Origin: Balanoglossus misakiensis
Taxonomy: Eukaryota > Animalia > Hemichordata
Length of the DNA stretch: 64,000 nt
Direction: 5' to 3'
Assembly (NCBI GenBank): GCA_040954595.2
Contig: CM082598.2
Location: forward strand, 8,695,097-8,759,096
Numbering within the stretch: the stretch's first letter is position 1; each line of letters opens with the position of its first letter. The notes under the pieces were generated by a model, which was not told where the DNA came from, ran no database searches, and saw only the letters and a list, made by a program, of their open reading frames with translations. A program made the translations under genes and the position numbers. Positions 40,601-53,132 of the stretch are shown piece after piece.

Positions 40601-43600
40601 ATTTATTGTCGCCATTCTTGGGAGGGGAGAAATTATGGCAGAGAATATATTACCGCCATTCTAGGGAGGGGAGAAATGATGGCAGAGAATATATTGCCGC
40701 CATTCTTAGGAGGGGAAAAATGATGGCAGAGAATTTATTGCCGCCAATCTTGGGAGGGGATAAATAACGGCTGAGAGTTTGTTGCCGCTATTCTTGGGAG
40801 GGGAGAAATAACTGCTGAGAATTTGTTGCCGCCATTCTCGGGAGGGGAGATATAACGGCTGAGAGTTTGATGCCGCCATTCTTTGGAGGGGAGAAATGAC
40901 GGCAGAGAATTTATTGCCGCCATTCTCGGGAGGGCAGAAATGATGGCAGAGAATTTAATGCCGCCATTCTTGGGAGGGGAGAAATGATGGTAGAGAATTT
41001 ATTGCCGCCATTCTTGGGAGGGGAGAAATAACGGCTGAGAGTTTGTTGCCGCCATTCTTGGGAGGGGAGAAATGATGGCACAGAATTTATTGCCGCCATT
41101 TTTAGGAGGGGAGAAATTATGGCAGAGAATATATTACCGCCATTCTAGGGATGGGAGAAATCATGGCAGAGAATATATTGCCGCCATTCTTAGGAGGGGA
41201 AAAATGATGGCAGAGAATTTATTGCCGCAAATCTTGGGAGGGGATAAATAACGGCTGAGAGTTTGTTGCCGCTATTCTTGGGAGGGGAGAAATAACGGCT
41301 GAGAATTTGATGCCGCTATTCTTGGGAGGGGATAAATGATGGCAGAGAATTTATTGCCGCAAATCTTGGGAGGGGATAAATAACGGCTGAGAGTTTGTTG
41401 CCGCTATTCTTGGGAGGGGAGATATAACGGCTGAGAGTTTGATGCCGCCATTCTTGGGAGGGGAGAAATGATGGCAGAGAATTTATTGCCGCCATTCTTG
41501 GGAGGGGAGAAATGATGGCAGAGAATGTATTGCTGCCATTCTTGGGAGGGTAGGAAAAACGGCCGAGAGTTTGTTGAAGCCATTCTCGGGAGGGGTGAAA
41601 TGATGGTAGAGAATTTATTGCCGCCAATCTTGGGAGGGGAGAAATGATGGCAGAGAATTCATTGCCGCCATTCTTGGGAGGGGAGAAATCATGGCAGAGA
41701 AATTATTGCCGCCATTATCGGGAGGGGAGAAATGATGGCTGAGAGTTTGTTCCCGCCATTCTCGGGAGGGGAGAAATAACGACTGAGAGTTTGTTGCCGC
41801 CATTCTTGGGAGGGGAGAAATGATGGCAGAGAGTTTGTTGCCGCCATTCTTGGGAGGGGAGTAATAACGGCTGAGAGTTTGTTGCCGCCATTCTTGGGAG
41901 GGGAGAAATGATGGCTGAGAGTTTGTTGCCGCCATTCTTGGGAGGGGAGAAATGATGGCAGAGAGTTTGTTGCCGCGATTCTTGGGAGGGGAGAAATGAT
42001 GGCAGAGAATGTATTGCCGCCATCCTTGGGAGGGGTGAAATAAGGGCTGAGAGTTTGTTGAAGCCATTCTCGGGAGGGGTGAAATGATGGTAGAGAATTT
42101 ATTGCCGCCAATCTTGGGAGGGGAGAAATCATGGCATAGAGTTTGTTGCCGCCATTCTCGGGAGGGGAGAAATGATGGCAGAGAGTTTGTTGCCGCCATT
42201 CTGGGGAAGGGAGAAACGATGGCAGAGAATTTATTGCCGCCATTCTCGGGAGAGGAGAAATAACGGCTGAGAGTTTGTTGAAGCCATTCTCGGGAGGGGT
42301 GAAATGATGGCGGAGAGTTTGTTGCCGCCATTCTTGGGAGGGGAGAAACGATGGCGGAGAGTTTGTTGCCGCCATTCTTGGGAGGGGAGAAACGATGGCG
42401 GAGAGTTTGTTGCCGCCATTCTTGGGAGGGGAGAAACGATGGCAGAGAATTTATTGCCGCCATTCTTGGGAGGGTAGAAAAAACGGCTGAGAGTTTGTTG
42501 AAGCCATTCTCGGGAGGGGTGAAATGATGGTAGAGAATATATTGCCGCCATTCTTGGTGGGGGGGGGGGGAGAAATCAGTGCTGACAGTTTGTTGCCGCC
42601 ATTCTTGGGAGGGGTGAAATGATGGCTGAGAGTTTGTTGCTGCCATTCTTGGGAGGGGAGAAATGATGGCAGAGAGTTTGTTGCCGCCATTCTTGGGAGG
42701 GGAGAAATGATGGCATAGAATGTATTGTCGCCATTCTTGGGAGGGGAGAAATGATGGCAGAGAATGTATTGCCGCCATCCTTGGGAGGGGTGAAATAAGG
42801 GCTGAGAGTTTGTTGAAGCCATTCTCGGGAGGGGTGAAATGATGGTAGAGAATTTATTGCCGCCAATCTTGGGAGGGGAGAAATCATGGCATAGAGTTTG
42901 TTGCCGCCATTCTCGGGAGGGGAGAAATGATGGCAGAGAGTTTGTTGCCGCCATTCTGGGGAAGGGAGAAACGATGGCAGAGAATTTATTGCCGCCATTC
43001 TCGGGAGAGGAGAAATAACGGCTGAGAGTTTGTTGAAGCCATTCTCGGGAGGGGTGAAATGATGGCGGAGAGTTTGTTGCCGCCATTCTTGGGAGGGGAG
43101 AAACGATGGCGGAGAGTTTGTTGCCGCCATTCTTGGGAGGGGAGAAACGATGGCGGAGAGTTTGTTGCCGCCATTCTTGGGAGGGGAGAAACGATGGCAG
43201 AGAATTTATTGCCGCCATTCTTGGGAGGGTAGAAAAAACGGCTGAGAGTTTGTTGAAGCCATTCTCGGGAGGGGTGAAATGATGGTAGAGAATATATTGC
43301 CGCCATTCTTGGTGGGGGGGGGGGAGAAATCAGTGCTGACAGTTTGTTGCCGCCATTCTTGGGAGGGGAGAAATGATTGCAGAGAGTTTGTTGCCGCCAT
43401 TCTTGGGAGGGGAGAAATGATGGCATAGAATGTATTGTCGCCATTCTTGGGAGGGGAGAAATTATGGCAGAGAATTAATTGCCGCCATTCTTGGGAGGGG
43501 AGAAATGATGGTAGAGAATTTATTGTCGCCATTCTTGGGAGGGGACAAATAACGGCTGAGAGTTTGTTGCCGCCATTCTTGGGAGGGGAGAAATGATGGC

Positions 43601-46600
43601 TGAGAGTTTGTTGCCGCCATTCTTGGGAGGGGAGAAATGAGGGCTGAGAGTTTGTTGCCGCCATTCTTGGGAGGGGAGAAATGATGGCAGAGAGTTTGTT
43701 GCTGCCATTCTGGGGAAGGGAGAAATGATTGCAGAGAATTTATTGCCGCCATTCTCGGGAGGGGAGAAATAACGGCTGAGAGTTTGTTGAAGCCATTCTC
43801 GGGAGGGCAGAAATGATGGCAGAGAATTAATTGCCACCATTCTTGGGAGGGGAGAAATGATGGTAGAGAATTTATTGCCGCCATTCTTGGGAGGGGAGAA
43901 ATAACGGCTGAGAGTTTGTTGCCGCCATTCTTGGGAGGGGAGAAATGATGGCACAGAATTTATTGTCGCCATTCTTGGGAGGGGAGAAATTACGGCAGAG
44001 AATATATTACCGCCATTCTAGGGAGGGGAGAAATGATGGCAGAGAATATATTGCCGCCATTCTTAGGAGGGGAAAAATGATGGCAGAGAATTTATTGCCG
44101 CCAATCTTGGGAGGGGATAAATAACGGCTGAGAGTTTGTTGCCGCTATTCTTGGGAGGGGAGAAATAACGGCTGAGAATTTGTTGCCGCCATTCTCGGGA
44201 GGGGAGATATAACGGCTGAGAGTTTGATGCCGCCATTCTTTGGAGGGGAGAAATGACGGCAGAGAATTTATTGCCGCCATTCTCGGGAGGGCAGAAATGA
44301 TGGCAGAGAATTTAATGCCGCCATTCTTGGGAGGGGAGAAATGATGGTAGAGAATTTATTGCCGCCATTCTTGGGAGGGGAGAAATAACGGCTGAGAGTT
44401 TGTTGCCGCCATTCTTGGGAGGGGAGAAATGATGGCACAGAATTTATTGCCGCCATTTTTGGGAGGGGAGAAATTATGGCAGAGAATATATTACCGCCAT
44501 TCTAGGAAGGGGAGAAATCATGGCAGAGAATTTATTGCCGCCATTCTTAGGAGGGGAAAAATGATGGCAGAGAATTTATTGCCGCAAATCTTGGGAGGGG
44601 ATCAATAACGGCTGAGAGTTTGTTGCCGCTATTCTTGGGAGGGGAGAAATAACGGCTGAGAATTTGATGCCGCTATTCTTGGGAGGGGATAAATGATGGC
44701 AGAGAATTTATTGCCGCAAATCTTGGGAGGGGATAAATGATGGCAGAGAATGTATTGCCGCCATTCTTGGGAGGGTAGGAAAAACGGCCGAGAGTTTGTT
44801 GAAGCCATTCTCGGGAGGGGTGAAATGATGGTAGAGAATTTATTGCCGCTAATCTTGGGAGGGGAGAAATGATGGCAGAGAATTTATTGCCACCATTCTT
44901 GGGAGGGGAGAAATGATGGCTGAGAGTTTGTTCCCGCCATTCTCGGGAGGGGAGAAATAACGACTGAGAGTTTGTTGCCGCCATTCTTGGGAGGGGAGAA
45001 ATGATGGCAGAGAGTTTGTTGCCGCCATTCTTGGGAGGGGAGTAATAACGGCTGAGAGTTTGTTGCCGCCATTCTTGGGAGGGGAGAAATGATGGCTGAG
45101 AGTTTGTTGCCGCCATTCTTGGGAGGGGAGAAATGATGGCAGAGAGTTTGTTGCCGCCATTCTTGGGAGGGGAGAAATGATGGCAGAGAATGTATTGCCG
45201 CCATCCTTGGGAGGGGTGAAATAAGGGCTGAGAGTTTGTTGAAGCCATTTTCGGGAGGGGTGAAATGATGGTAGAGAATTTATTGCCGCCAATCTTGGGA
45301 GGGGAGAAATCAGGGCATAGAGTTTGTTGCCGCCATTCTCGGGAGGGGAGAAATGATGGCAGAGAGTTTGTTGCCGCCATTCTCGAGACGGGAGAAATAT
45401 GGGCTAAGAGTTTGTTGCCGCCATTCTTGGGAGGGGAGAAATGATGGCAGAGAGTTTGTTGCCGCCATTCTGGGGAAGGGAGAAATGATGGCAGAGAATT
45501 TATTGCCGCCATTCTTGGGAGGTTAGAAAAAACGGCTGAGAGTTTGTTGAAGCCATTCTCGGGAGGGGTGAAATGATGGTAGAGAATATATTGCCGCCAT
45601 TCTTGTTGGGGGGGGGGGGAGAAATCAGTGCTGACAGTTTGTTGCCGCCATTCTTGGGAGGGGAGAAATGATGGCTGAGAGTTTGTTGCTGCCATTCTTG
45701 GGAGGGGAGAAATGATGGCAGAGAGTTTGTTGCCGCCATTCTTGGGAGGGGAGAAATGATGGCATAGAATGTATTGTCGCCATTCTTGGGAGGGGAGAAA
45801 TTATGGCAGAGAATTATTTGCCGCCATTCTTGGGAGGGGAGAAATGATGGTAGAGAATTTATTGTCGCCATTCTTGGGAGGGGAGAAATAACGGCTGAGA
45901 GTTTGTTGCCGCCATTCTTGGGAGGGGAGAAATATGGGCTGAGAGTTTGTTGCCGCCATTCTTGGGAGGGGAGAAATGAGGGCTGAGAGTTTGTTGCCGC
46001 CATTCTTGGGAGGGGAGAAATGATGGCAGAGAGTTTGTTGCCGCCATTCTGGGGAAGGGAGAAATGATTGCAGAGAATTTATTGCCGCCATTCTCGGGAG
46101 GGGAGAAATAACGGCTGAGAGTTTGTTGAAGCCATTCTCGGGAGGGCAGAAACGATGGCAGAGAATTAATTGCCGCCATTCTTGGGAGGGGAGAAATGAT
46201 GGTAGAGAATTTATTGCCGCCATTCTTGGGAGGGGAGAAATAACGGCTGAGAGTTTGTTGCCGCCATTCTTGGGAGGGGAGAAATGATGGCACAGAATTT
46301 ATTGTCGCCATTCTTGGGAGGGGAGAAATTATGGCAGAGAATATATTACCGCCATTCTAGGGAGGGGAGAAATGATGGCAGAGAATATATTGCCGCCATT
46401 CTTAGGAGGGGAAAAATGATGGCAGAGAATTTATTGCCGCAAATCTTGGGAGGGGATAAATAACGGCTGAGAGTTTGTTGCCGCTATTCTTGGGAGGGGA
46501 GAAATAACGGCTGAGAATTTGTTGCCGCCATTCTCGGGAGGGGTGAAAAAGAGGCTGAGAGTTTGTTGCCGCAATTCTCGGGAGGGGAGAAATGATGGCA

Positions 46601-48479
46601 GAGAATATATTGCCGCCATTCTTGGGAGGGGAGAAATGATGGCAGATAGTTTTTTGCCGCCAATCACGGGAGGGGAGAAATGATGGCAGAGAATTTATTG
46701 CCGCCATTCTTGGGAGGGGAGAAATTATGGCAGAGAATATATTGCCGCCATTCTAGGGAGGTTAGAAATGATGGCAGAGAATTTATTGCCGCCATTCTTG
46801 GGAGGGGAGAAATAACGACTGAGAGTTTGTTGCCGCCATTCTCGGGAGGGCAGAAATGATGGCAGAGAATTTAATGCCGCCATTCTTGGGAGGGGAGAAA
46901 TGATGGCAGAGAATATATTGCCGCCATTCTTGGGTGGGGAGAAATGATGGCAGAGAATTTATTGCCGCCATTCTTGGGAGGGGAGAAATGATGGCAGAGA
47001 ATATATTGCCGCCATTCTTTGGAGGGGTGAAATAAGGACTGAGAGTTTGTTGCCGCCATTCTTGGGAGGGGAGAAATGATGGCAGAGAATTTATTGCCGC
47101 CATTCTCGGGAGGGGTGAAAAAGAGGCTGAGAGTTTGTTGCCGCAATTCTCGGGAGGGGAGAAATGATGGCAGAGAATATATTGCCGCCATTCTTGGGAG
47201 GGGAGAAATGATGGCAGATAGTTTTTTGCCGTCAATCACGGGAGGGGAGAAATGATGGCAGAGAATTTATTGCCGCAATTCTCGAGAGGGGAGAAATCAG
47301 TGCTGAGCGTTTGTTGCCGCCATTCTTGGGAGGGGAGAAATGATGGCTGAGAGTTTGTTGCCGTTATTCTTGGGAGGGGAGAAATGATGGCAGAGAATGT
47401 ATTGCCGCCATTCTTGGGAGTGTAGAAATAACGGCTAAGAGTTTGTTGAAGCCATTCTCGGGAGGGCAGAAATAATGGCAGAGAATTTATTGCCGCCATT
47501 CTTGGGAGGGGAGAAATGATGGCAGAGAATATATTGCCGCCATTCTTGGGAGGGGAGAAATGATGGCAGAGAATTTATCGCCGCCATTCTGGGGAGGGGA
47601 GAAATGGTGGCAGAGAATATATTGCCGCCATTCTTTGGAGGGGTGAAATAAGGGCTGAGAGTTTGTTGCCGCCATTCTTGGGAGGGGAGAAATGATAGCA
47701 GAGAATATATTACCGCCATTCTAGGGAGGGGAGAAATGATGGCAGAGAATATATTGCCGCCATTCTTAGGAGGGGAAAAATGATGGCAGAGGATTTATTG
47801 CCGCCAATCTTGGGAGGGGATAAATAACGGCTGAGAGTTTGTTGCCGCTATTCTTGGGAGGGGAGAAATAACGTCTGCGAGTTTATTGTCGCCATTCTTG
47901 GGAGGGGAGAAATGATGGCAGTGAGTTTGTTGCCGCCATTCTTGGGAGGGGAGAAATAGGGGCTGAGAGTTTGTTGCCGCCATTATTGGGAGGGGAAAAA
48001 TGATGGCAGAGAATTTATTGCCGCCAATCTTGGGAGGGGATAAATAACGGCTGAGAGTTTGTTGCCGCCATTCTTTGTAGTGGAGAAACGATGGCAGAGA
48101 CTTTATTGTCGCCATTCTTGGGAGGGGAGAAATAACGGCTGAGAGTTTGTTGCCGCCATTCTTGGGAGGGGAGAAATGATGGCAGAGAATTTATTGCCGC
48201 CATCCTTGGGAGGGGAGAAATAACGGCTGAGAGTTTGTTGTCGCCATTCTTGGGAGGGGAGAAATGATGGCAGAGAATTTATTGTCGCCATTCTTGGGAG
48301 GGGAGAAATAACGGCTGAGAGTTTGTTGTCGCCATTCTTGGGAGGGGAGAAATGATGGCAGAGAATTTATTGCCGCCATCCTTGGGAGGGGAGAAATAAC
48401 GGCTGAGAGTTTGTTGTCGCCATTCTTGGGAGGGGAGAAATGATGGCTGAGAAATTGTTGCCGCCATTCTTAGAAGGGG
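28690..48479 (-). repeat. 44-bp satellite array, block C (inverted orientation), about 450 monomers with multi-monomer duplications
   Basis: Same orientation and register as block B across the TSD. ORF translations recur at offsets 748, 704, 755, 2024 and 3357. Confidence 0.97.
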
Positions 48480-49546
48480 CTCCCTAGGATGGCGACAATA
48501 AATTCTCTGCCATCGTTTCTCCCCTCCCAAGAATGGCGGCAATAAATTCTCAGCCTTCATTTCTCCCCTACAAAGAATGGCGACAACAAATTCTCAGACA
48601 TCATTTCTCCCCTCCCAATAATGGCGGCAACAAACTATCAGCCCTTATTTCTCCCCTCCCAATAATGGCGGCAACAAACTCTCAGCCCTTATTTCTCCCC
48701 TCCCAAGAATGGCGGCAACAAACTCTCAGCCGTTATTTCTCCCCTCCCAAGGATGGCGGCAATACATTCTCTGCCATCGTTTCTCCCCTCCCAAGAATGG
48801 CGTCAACAAACTTTCAGCCCATATTTCTCCCCTCCCAATAATGGCGGCAACAAACTCTCAGCCCCTATTTCTCCCCTCCCAAGAATGGCGGCAACAAACT
48901 CTCTGCCATCATTTCTCCCCTCCCAAGAATGGCGGCAACAAACTCTCTGCCATCATTTCTCCCCTACAAAGAATGGCGACAACAAATTCTCAGCCATCAT
49001 TTCTCCCCTCCCAATAATGGCGGCAACAAATATCAGCCCTTATTTCTCCCCTCCCAAGAATGGCGGCAACAAACTCTCAGCCCTGATTTCTCCCCTCCCA
49101 AGAATGGCGGCAACAAACTCTCTGCCGTTATTTCTCCCCTCCCAAGGATGGCGGCAATACATTCTCTGCCATCGTTTCTCCCCTCCCAAGAATGGCGTCA
49201 ACAAACTCTCAGCCCTTATTTCTCCCCTCCCAAGGATGGCGACATAAAATTCTCTGCCATCATTTCTCCCCTCCCAAGGATGTCGAAGTATAAATTCTCT
49301 GCCATCGTTTCTCCCCTCCCAAGAATGGGGGCAATAAATTCTCAGCCATCATTTCTCCCCTACAAAGAATGGCGGCAACAAATTCTCAGCCATCATTCCT
49401 CCCCTCCCAATAATGGCGGCAACAAACTATCAGCCCTTAATTCTCCCCTCCCAAGAATGGCGGCAACAAACTCTCAGCCCTGATTTCTCCCCTCCCAAGA
49501 ATGGCGGCAACAAACTCTCAGCCGTTATTTCTCCCCTCCCAAGGAT
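48480..49546 (+). repeat. 44-bp satellite array, block D (+ orientation resumes), about 24 monomers
   Basis: Junction ...ccattcttagaagggg|ctccctaggatggcgac... Confidence 0.95.
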
Positions 49547-49581
49547 TATTATTATTATTATTATTATTATTATGCTTTATT
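49545..49581 (-). other. LINE 3' end: AATAAA signal followed by an about 9-unit (TAA)n tail
   Basis: The + strand reads (att)n at 49545-49572 and tttatt at 49576-49581, about 170 bp past the ORF2 stop. Confidence 0.88.
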
Positions 49582-49747
49582 TAAAGAGGGTAGTCTGTGT
49601 TACAAAGTAGAATTGTAATATACAACAGAGCCCTCAAAGGCGAAATGAGAATGAATACAACAACAAGGAAAAAAAACACTGAAAAAATCAAATCAAGTCG
49701 CAATGGCGGAAACATTCATGAAATCTAATCAAGTGATGAACCTTCAT

Positions 49748-52739
49748 TTATAAATTTAGTGTGAAAAAGTTACGTAGTTGTGACTTGAACTGTGACAGAC
49801 TGTATATACTTCTTATAGACAGGGGAATATTGTTCCAGATATTTGTTGCTCGATACATAAAAGACCTTTGCCCAGTTGCTGTTTTAAAAGTGGGCACATA
49901 CAAATTAGCGTTGCTGACAGATCTAGTGGTAAAATTGTACATCTCAGAAACATAGGAAAATTCATTTAAATAATCAGGCGCCAGGCCATGTAGTATCTTG
50001 AAAGTTTGAACAGCAATGAAATACTCAATTCTAAGATCAATGGGCAACCAATGAAGAGTTGTCAGAAGAGAACGAGAAGGAAATGTAATGTCTACTCCTA
50101 AAATCACTCTGCCGGCTCTTTTCTGAAGTTTATAAATTCTCTGTAGATTGGTTTTTGATGTGTTGCCCCAAACAGTGCAACAGTAATCAATTATAGAAAG
50201 GAAAATAGCATTATAAACCAACATAAGAGTATGCCTTGGGGTCAAAGGTCGCAATTTCCTCAGTACCCCAATCCGCATTGACAATTTTCTACTTAAGTTA
50301 TCTATATGAGTATCCCATGTTAAAGTATTGTCAATCTCTATTCCAAGAAGTGTGTGAGAAGAAACACAAGAAATGCAAGTATTATTGATCCTAATATTGG
50401 GAGTGACACTGTGCTCGGACACATTATTAACCTTTGGGCGAGAGGCAACAATCATCCATTTTGTCTTGGTGGTGTTAATTGACATGGCATTATTTGAAAC
50501 CCATGTGGAAATTGGTAAAACGTCCTCTTGAAGTTTTGTACCAACCTCATTAATAGAGATGCCAGAGACACAAAGTGTTTGATCATCAGCAAACATATCA
50601 ATGTTGCCCATGCTGAGACTCAAAGGTAAATCATTAATGAAAATTAAAAACAAAAGAGGTCCTAAAATGGAACCTTGTGGAACACCACAAACAACAGGTA
50701 AAGTCTTTGATTCCTCACCCATGTAACTGACAAATTGACATCTATTCGAGAGATATGAACGAAACCATTTTAAAGATACATTATTAACACCGTAAATGGA
50801 CAATTTCCTTAAAAGAATATCATGATCGACCAAGTCAAAGGCCTTACATAAGTCAAGATACATTAGGCCATTGTACAGACCATTATCAATATTTCTCAAA
50901 AGTTGATCTGTAAGCTTCAGCAATGCGGTATTACATGAATGAAAGCGTCTGAAACCCGACTGCGAACTCATAATTAACTTATTATTTTGTAGATAAGTGT
51001 ACAGACTGTTATAAACGTGTCTCTCAAGTATCTTTGATAAAGCAGGCAAGATTGATATGGGCCTGTAATTACTAATAACATGTTTCGGCCCGTTCTTATG
51101 TATGGGTACAACTCTGGCACATTTAAAGCAATCAAGGAAAGTACCATTCGTTATTGACAAATTGAACATATTAGTAATGTGACCCGCTATACTATTTGCC
51201 CCGATTTTAAGAAGTTTGGGGGAGACATTGTCAAAACCATGAGATTTGGTAGCATCTAACGATGCTAGTTGCTCCATCACAAAATTAAATGGGATTTGGG
51301 GCAGCTGAAAAGAAGGTAAATTTGGGCTCATTTGTGAATTAACCCACGTTTTCGTGATTGCCAAATCTGAGTGGCCAGGAAGACTTTGGCGGTACTCAAC
51401 AACAATACTGGTGAAATAATCATTGAAGGCGTCTGCAATGTCTTTGTGATTCGACAGTGTTCTGTTATTGGAAGTGATGCGAGGACTTTGCGAACAGGCG
51501 TTATCATTTGAGAGAATGTCATGGACAGTACGCCATACAACAGTTGGATTACTGGAATTTTGCAGAAAAAATACTTCTATAGTAGCGACGCTTCTCGGTG
51601 GTTATAAAGTGAACTACCTTATTTCTTAGTGTACTATACGTACTCCAGTCATCATGCGAGTTGGAACGCACGGCTTCATCGAGATGAAAGTCTCTAACAT
51701 GAATGAGCTCCAAAATCTCCGAAGAAAACCATGGTGGTTGTCGTAGCCGCTTCACCCTTCGAACAACTCTTGGTGCATGCGTATTGCAGATGTCATTAAA
51801 AGAAGTTGCCCAGTCCGTAAACGCAGTATTTACATCGTCTGTATGACAATAAGACTCAAAAGTAGAGTTTAAGTCATCGATAAAGCTGTTTGCATGAAAG
51901 TTTCGAAAATGCCTACTGGTAACATAAATATGTGAGCCCGTATTACAATTGTTGGCATGGTAACACCGTATAACACAAACAGGATAGTGGTCGGAAAGAC
52001 CAACCTTAGGGATACAGATACTCGAAATGTTACTAGGACTATTTACATAAATGTGATCAAGCAAGGTTCCCGATATTGGGCGAGTTACAGTGGTGACGAG
52101 TTGACTAAAACTCATAGATTCCATACACTTATACAGATAGCTGTTCCTCCCATTTGGACTCAGGAGGTTGAAGTTATAATCACCCAATACAATCATTTCT
52201 TTGTTTTCTAAATAATCAGATTCAATAATACTATCAATACCTTTGTCAACAGATAGAGTTGAACTAGGTGGTCTATAAATACCAATTACAAAGATTGGAC
52301 GGGCGTAATTAATAGACAGTTCAATTATGATGACCTCGGTATTACAATTTTCAAGATCATGCCTGCGCTTGAAGGTGAAATTCGAGTTAACATAAGCGAG
52401 AAGGCCACCACCAGGTCCAGTTGACCTGTCTTTTCTGCATGATTCGTACCCATTAATGAAAAAATCTGCATCACAATGAAGGTCACTGAGAAATGTTTCA
52501 CTCAAAATAAGAACATCGAAAGGTTTAATGTTATTGTTCAATTTTAGGCGCAATTCATCAATCTTGTTGGTTAAATGTTGAATGTTCCAAAAACCAATAC
52601 GTATACCTTTTGAAGTAGTGAGATCATGAAATGGGTGACTACTAGAGTTCGCAGTAGGATCAACATGTGGTTTCGGTGAAGTTGATGTGATGTCGCCATG
52701 TGTAGTAGTATTTTCGGCACACTCATCATGGCCGGCTTC
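49748..52739 (-). pseudogene. LINE ORF2: apurinic-like endonuclease + reverse transcriptase, with one frameshift at the A6 run 51566-51571
   Basis: APE motifs: GFWNIQHL, LSETFL, GGGLLAYV, GIYRPP, LGDYNFN, LLDHIY, LSDHYPV. RT motifs: NYRPISIL, QSGFR, LDLCKAFDLVDH, GVPQGSILGPLLF, FADD. Removing one base from the run joins the frames as ...YYRSIFLQNSSNPTVVWRTVHDIL...IADAFNDYFTSIV... with no other stop. Confidence 0.92.
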
Positions 52740-53132
52740 TCAGGCGCGGGTACAGTTCTTTGACTTGTGCCCTTGAGTGCCACATGACCAGCAAGTTACC
52801 GCTGCACCATGTCGACAAACACGACTCACGTGACCATCCTCTCCGCAGTTGAAACATTTGACATTTGTTGCGGGTTGCGAGAAGTTACGCTGCGAGAACA
52901 TACGACCGGCGTTTGGGTTTCTGTTGGTTACGACATGTTGTTCCGGTCTTCTTCTGAGAAAAGTGTTTTCGTATCTTTGCCGTTGAACTGCTGGCCCAGG
53001 GCGAGTAAACGATTGGTTATCCCATCTTCGACGTTGAAATTCGTCCGGGCGAGTAAACGATTGGTTATCCCATCTTCGACGTTTAAATTTACCCGGTGTG
53101 AACAGTTGTTCGAGACCAGCATTCGTCAACAT
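52740..53132 (-). CDS. LINE ORF1 C-terminal remnant (130 aa) with two CX2CX4HX4C zinc knuckles
   Basis: CFNCGEDGHVSRVC and CWSCGTQGHKSKNC, preceded by an Arg-rich stretch with a 16-aa-period repeat (RRRWDNQSFTRP x2). The first 33 residues of the listed 163-aa ORF are satellite read-through. Confidence 0.85.
   Translation of the reverse strand: MLTNAGLEQLFTPGKFKRRRWDNQSFTRPDEFQRRRWDNQSFTRPGPAVQRQRYENTFLRRRPEQHVVTNRNPNAGRMFSQRNFSQPATNVKCFNCGEDGHVSRVCRHGAAVTCWSCGTQGHKSKNCTRA

Larger units (their letters stand above)
49547..53132 (-). mobile_element. 5'-truncated non-LTR retrotransposon, CR1/L2 group (APE + RT, CCHC-knuckle ORF1)
   Basis: RT and APE motifs, AATAAA and a (TAA)n tail at the 3' end. 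The flanks rejoin into a normal monomer cccaagGATggcggcaatacattc with GAT on both sides (49544-49546, 53133-53135). Confidence 0.93.

Noticed and set aside
17773-48479. Array-wide G-quadruplex or telomeric repeat on the G-rich strand
   Set aside because: Only two G3+ tracts per 44 bp with about 35-nt gaps, and no TTAGGG-like unit.
49761-53122. Antisense and alternate-frame ORFs over the LINE (49761, 51328, 51957, 52571, 52809, 52928)
   Set aside because: Shadow ORFs of the ORF1/ORF2 coding region with no independent motifs.
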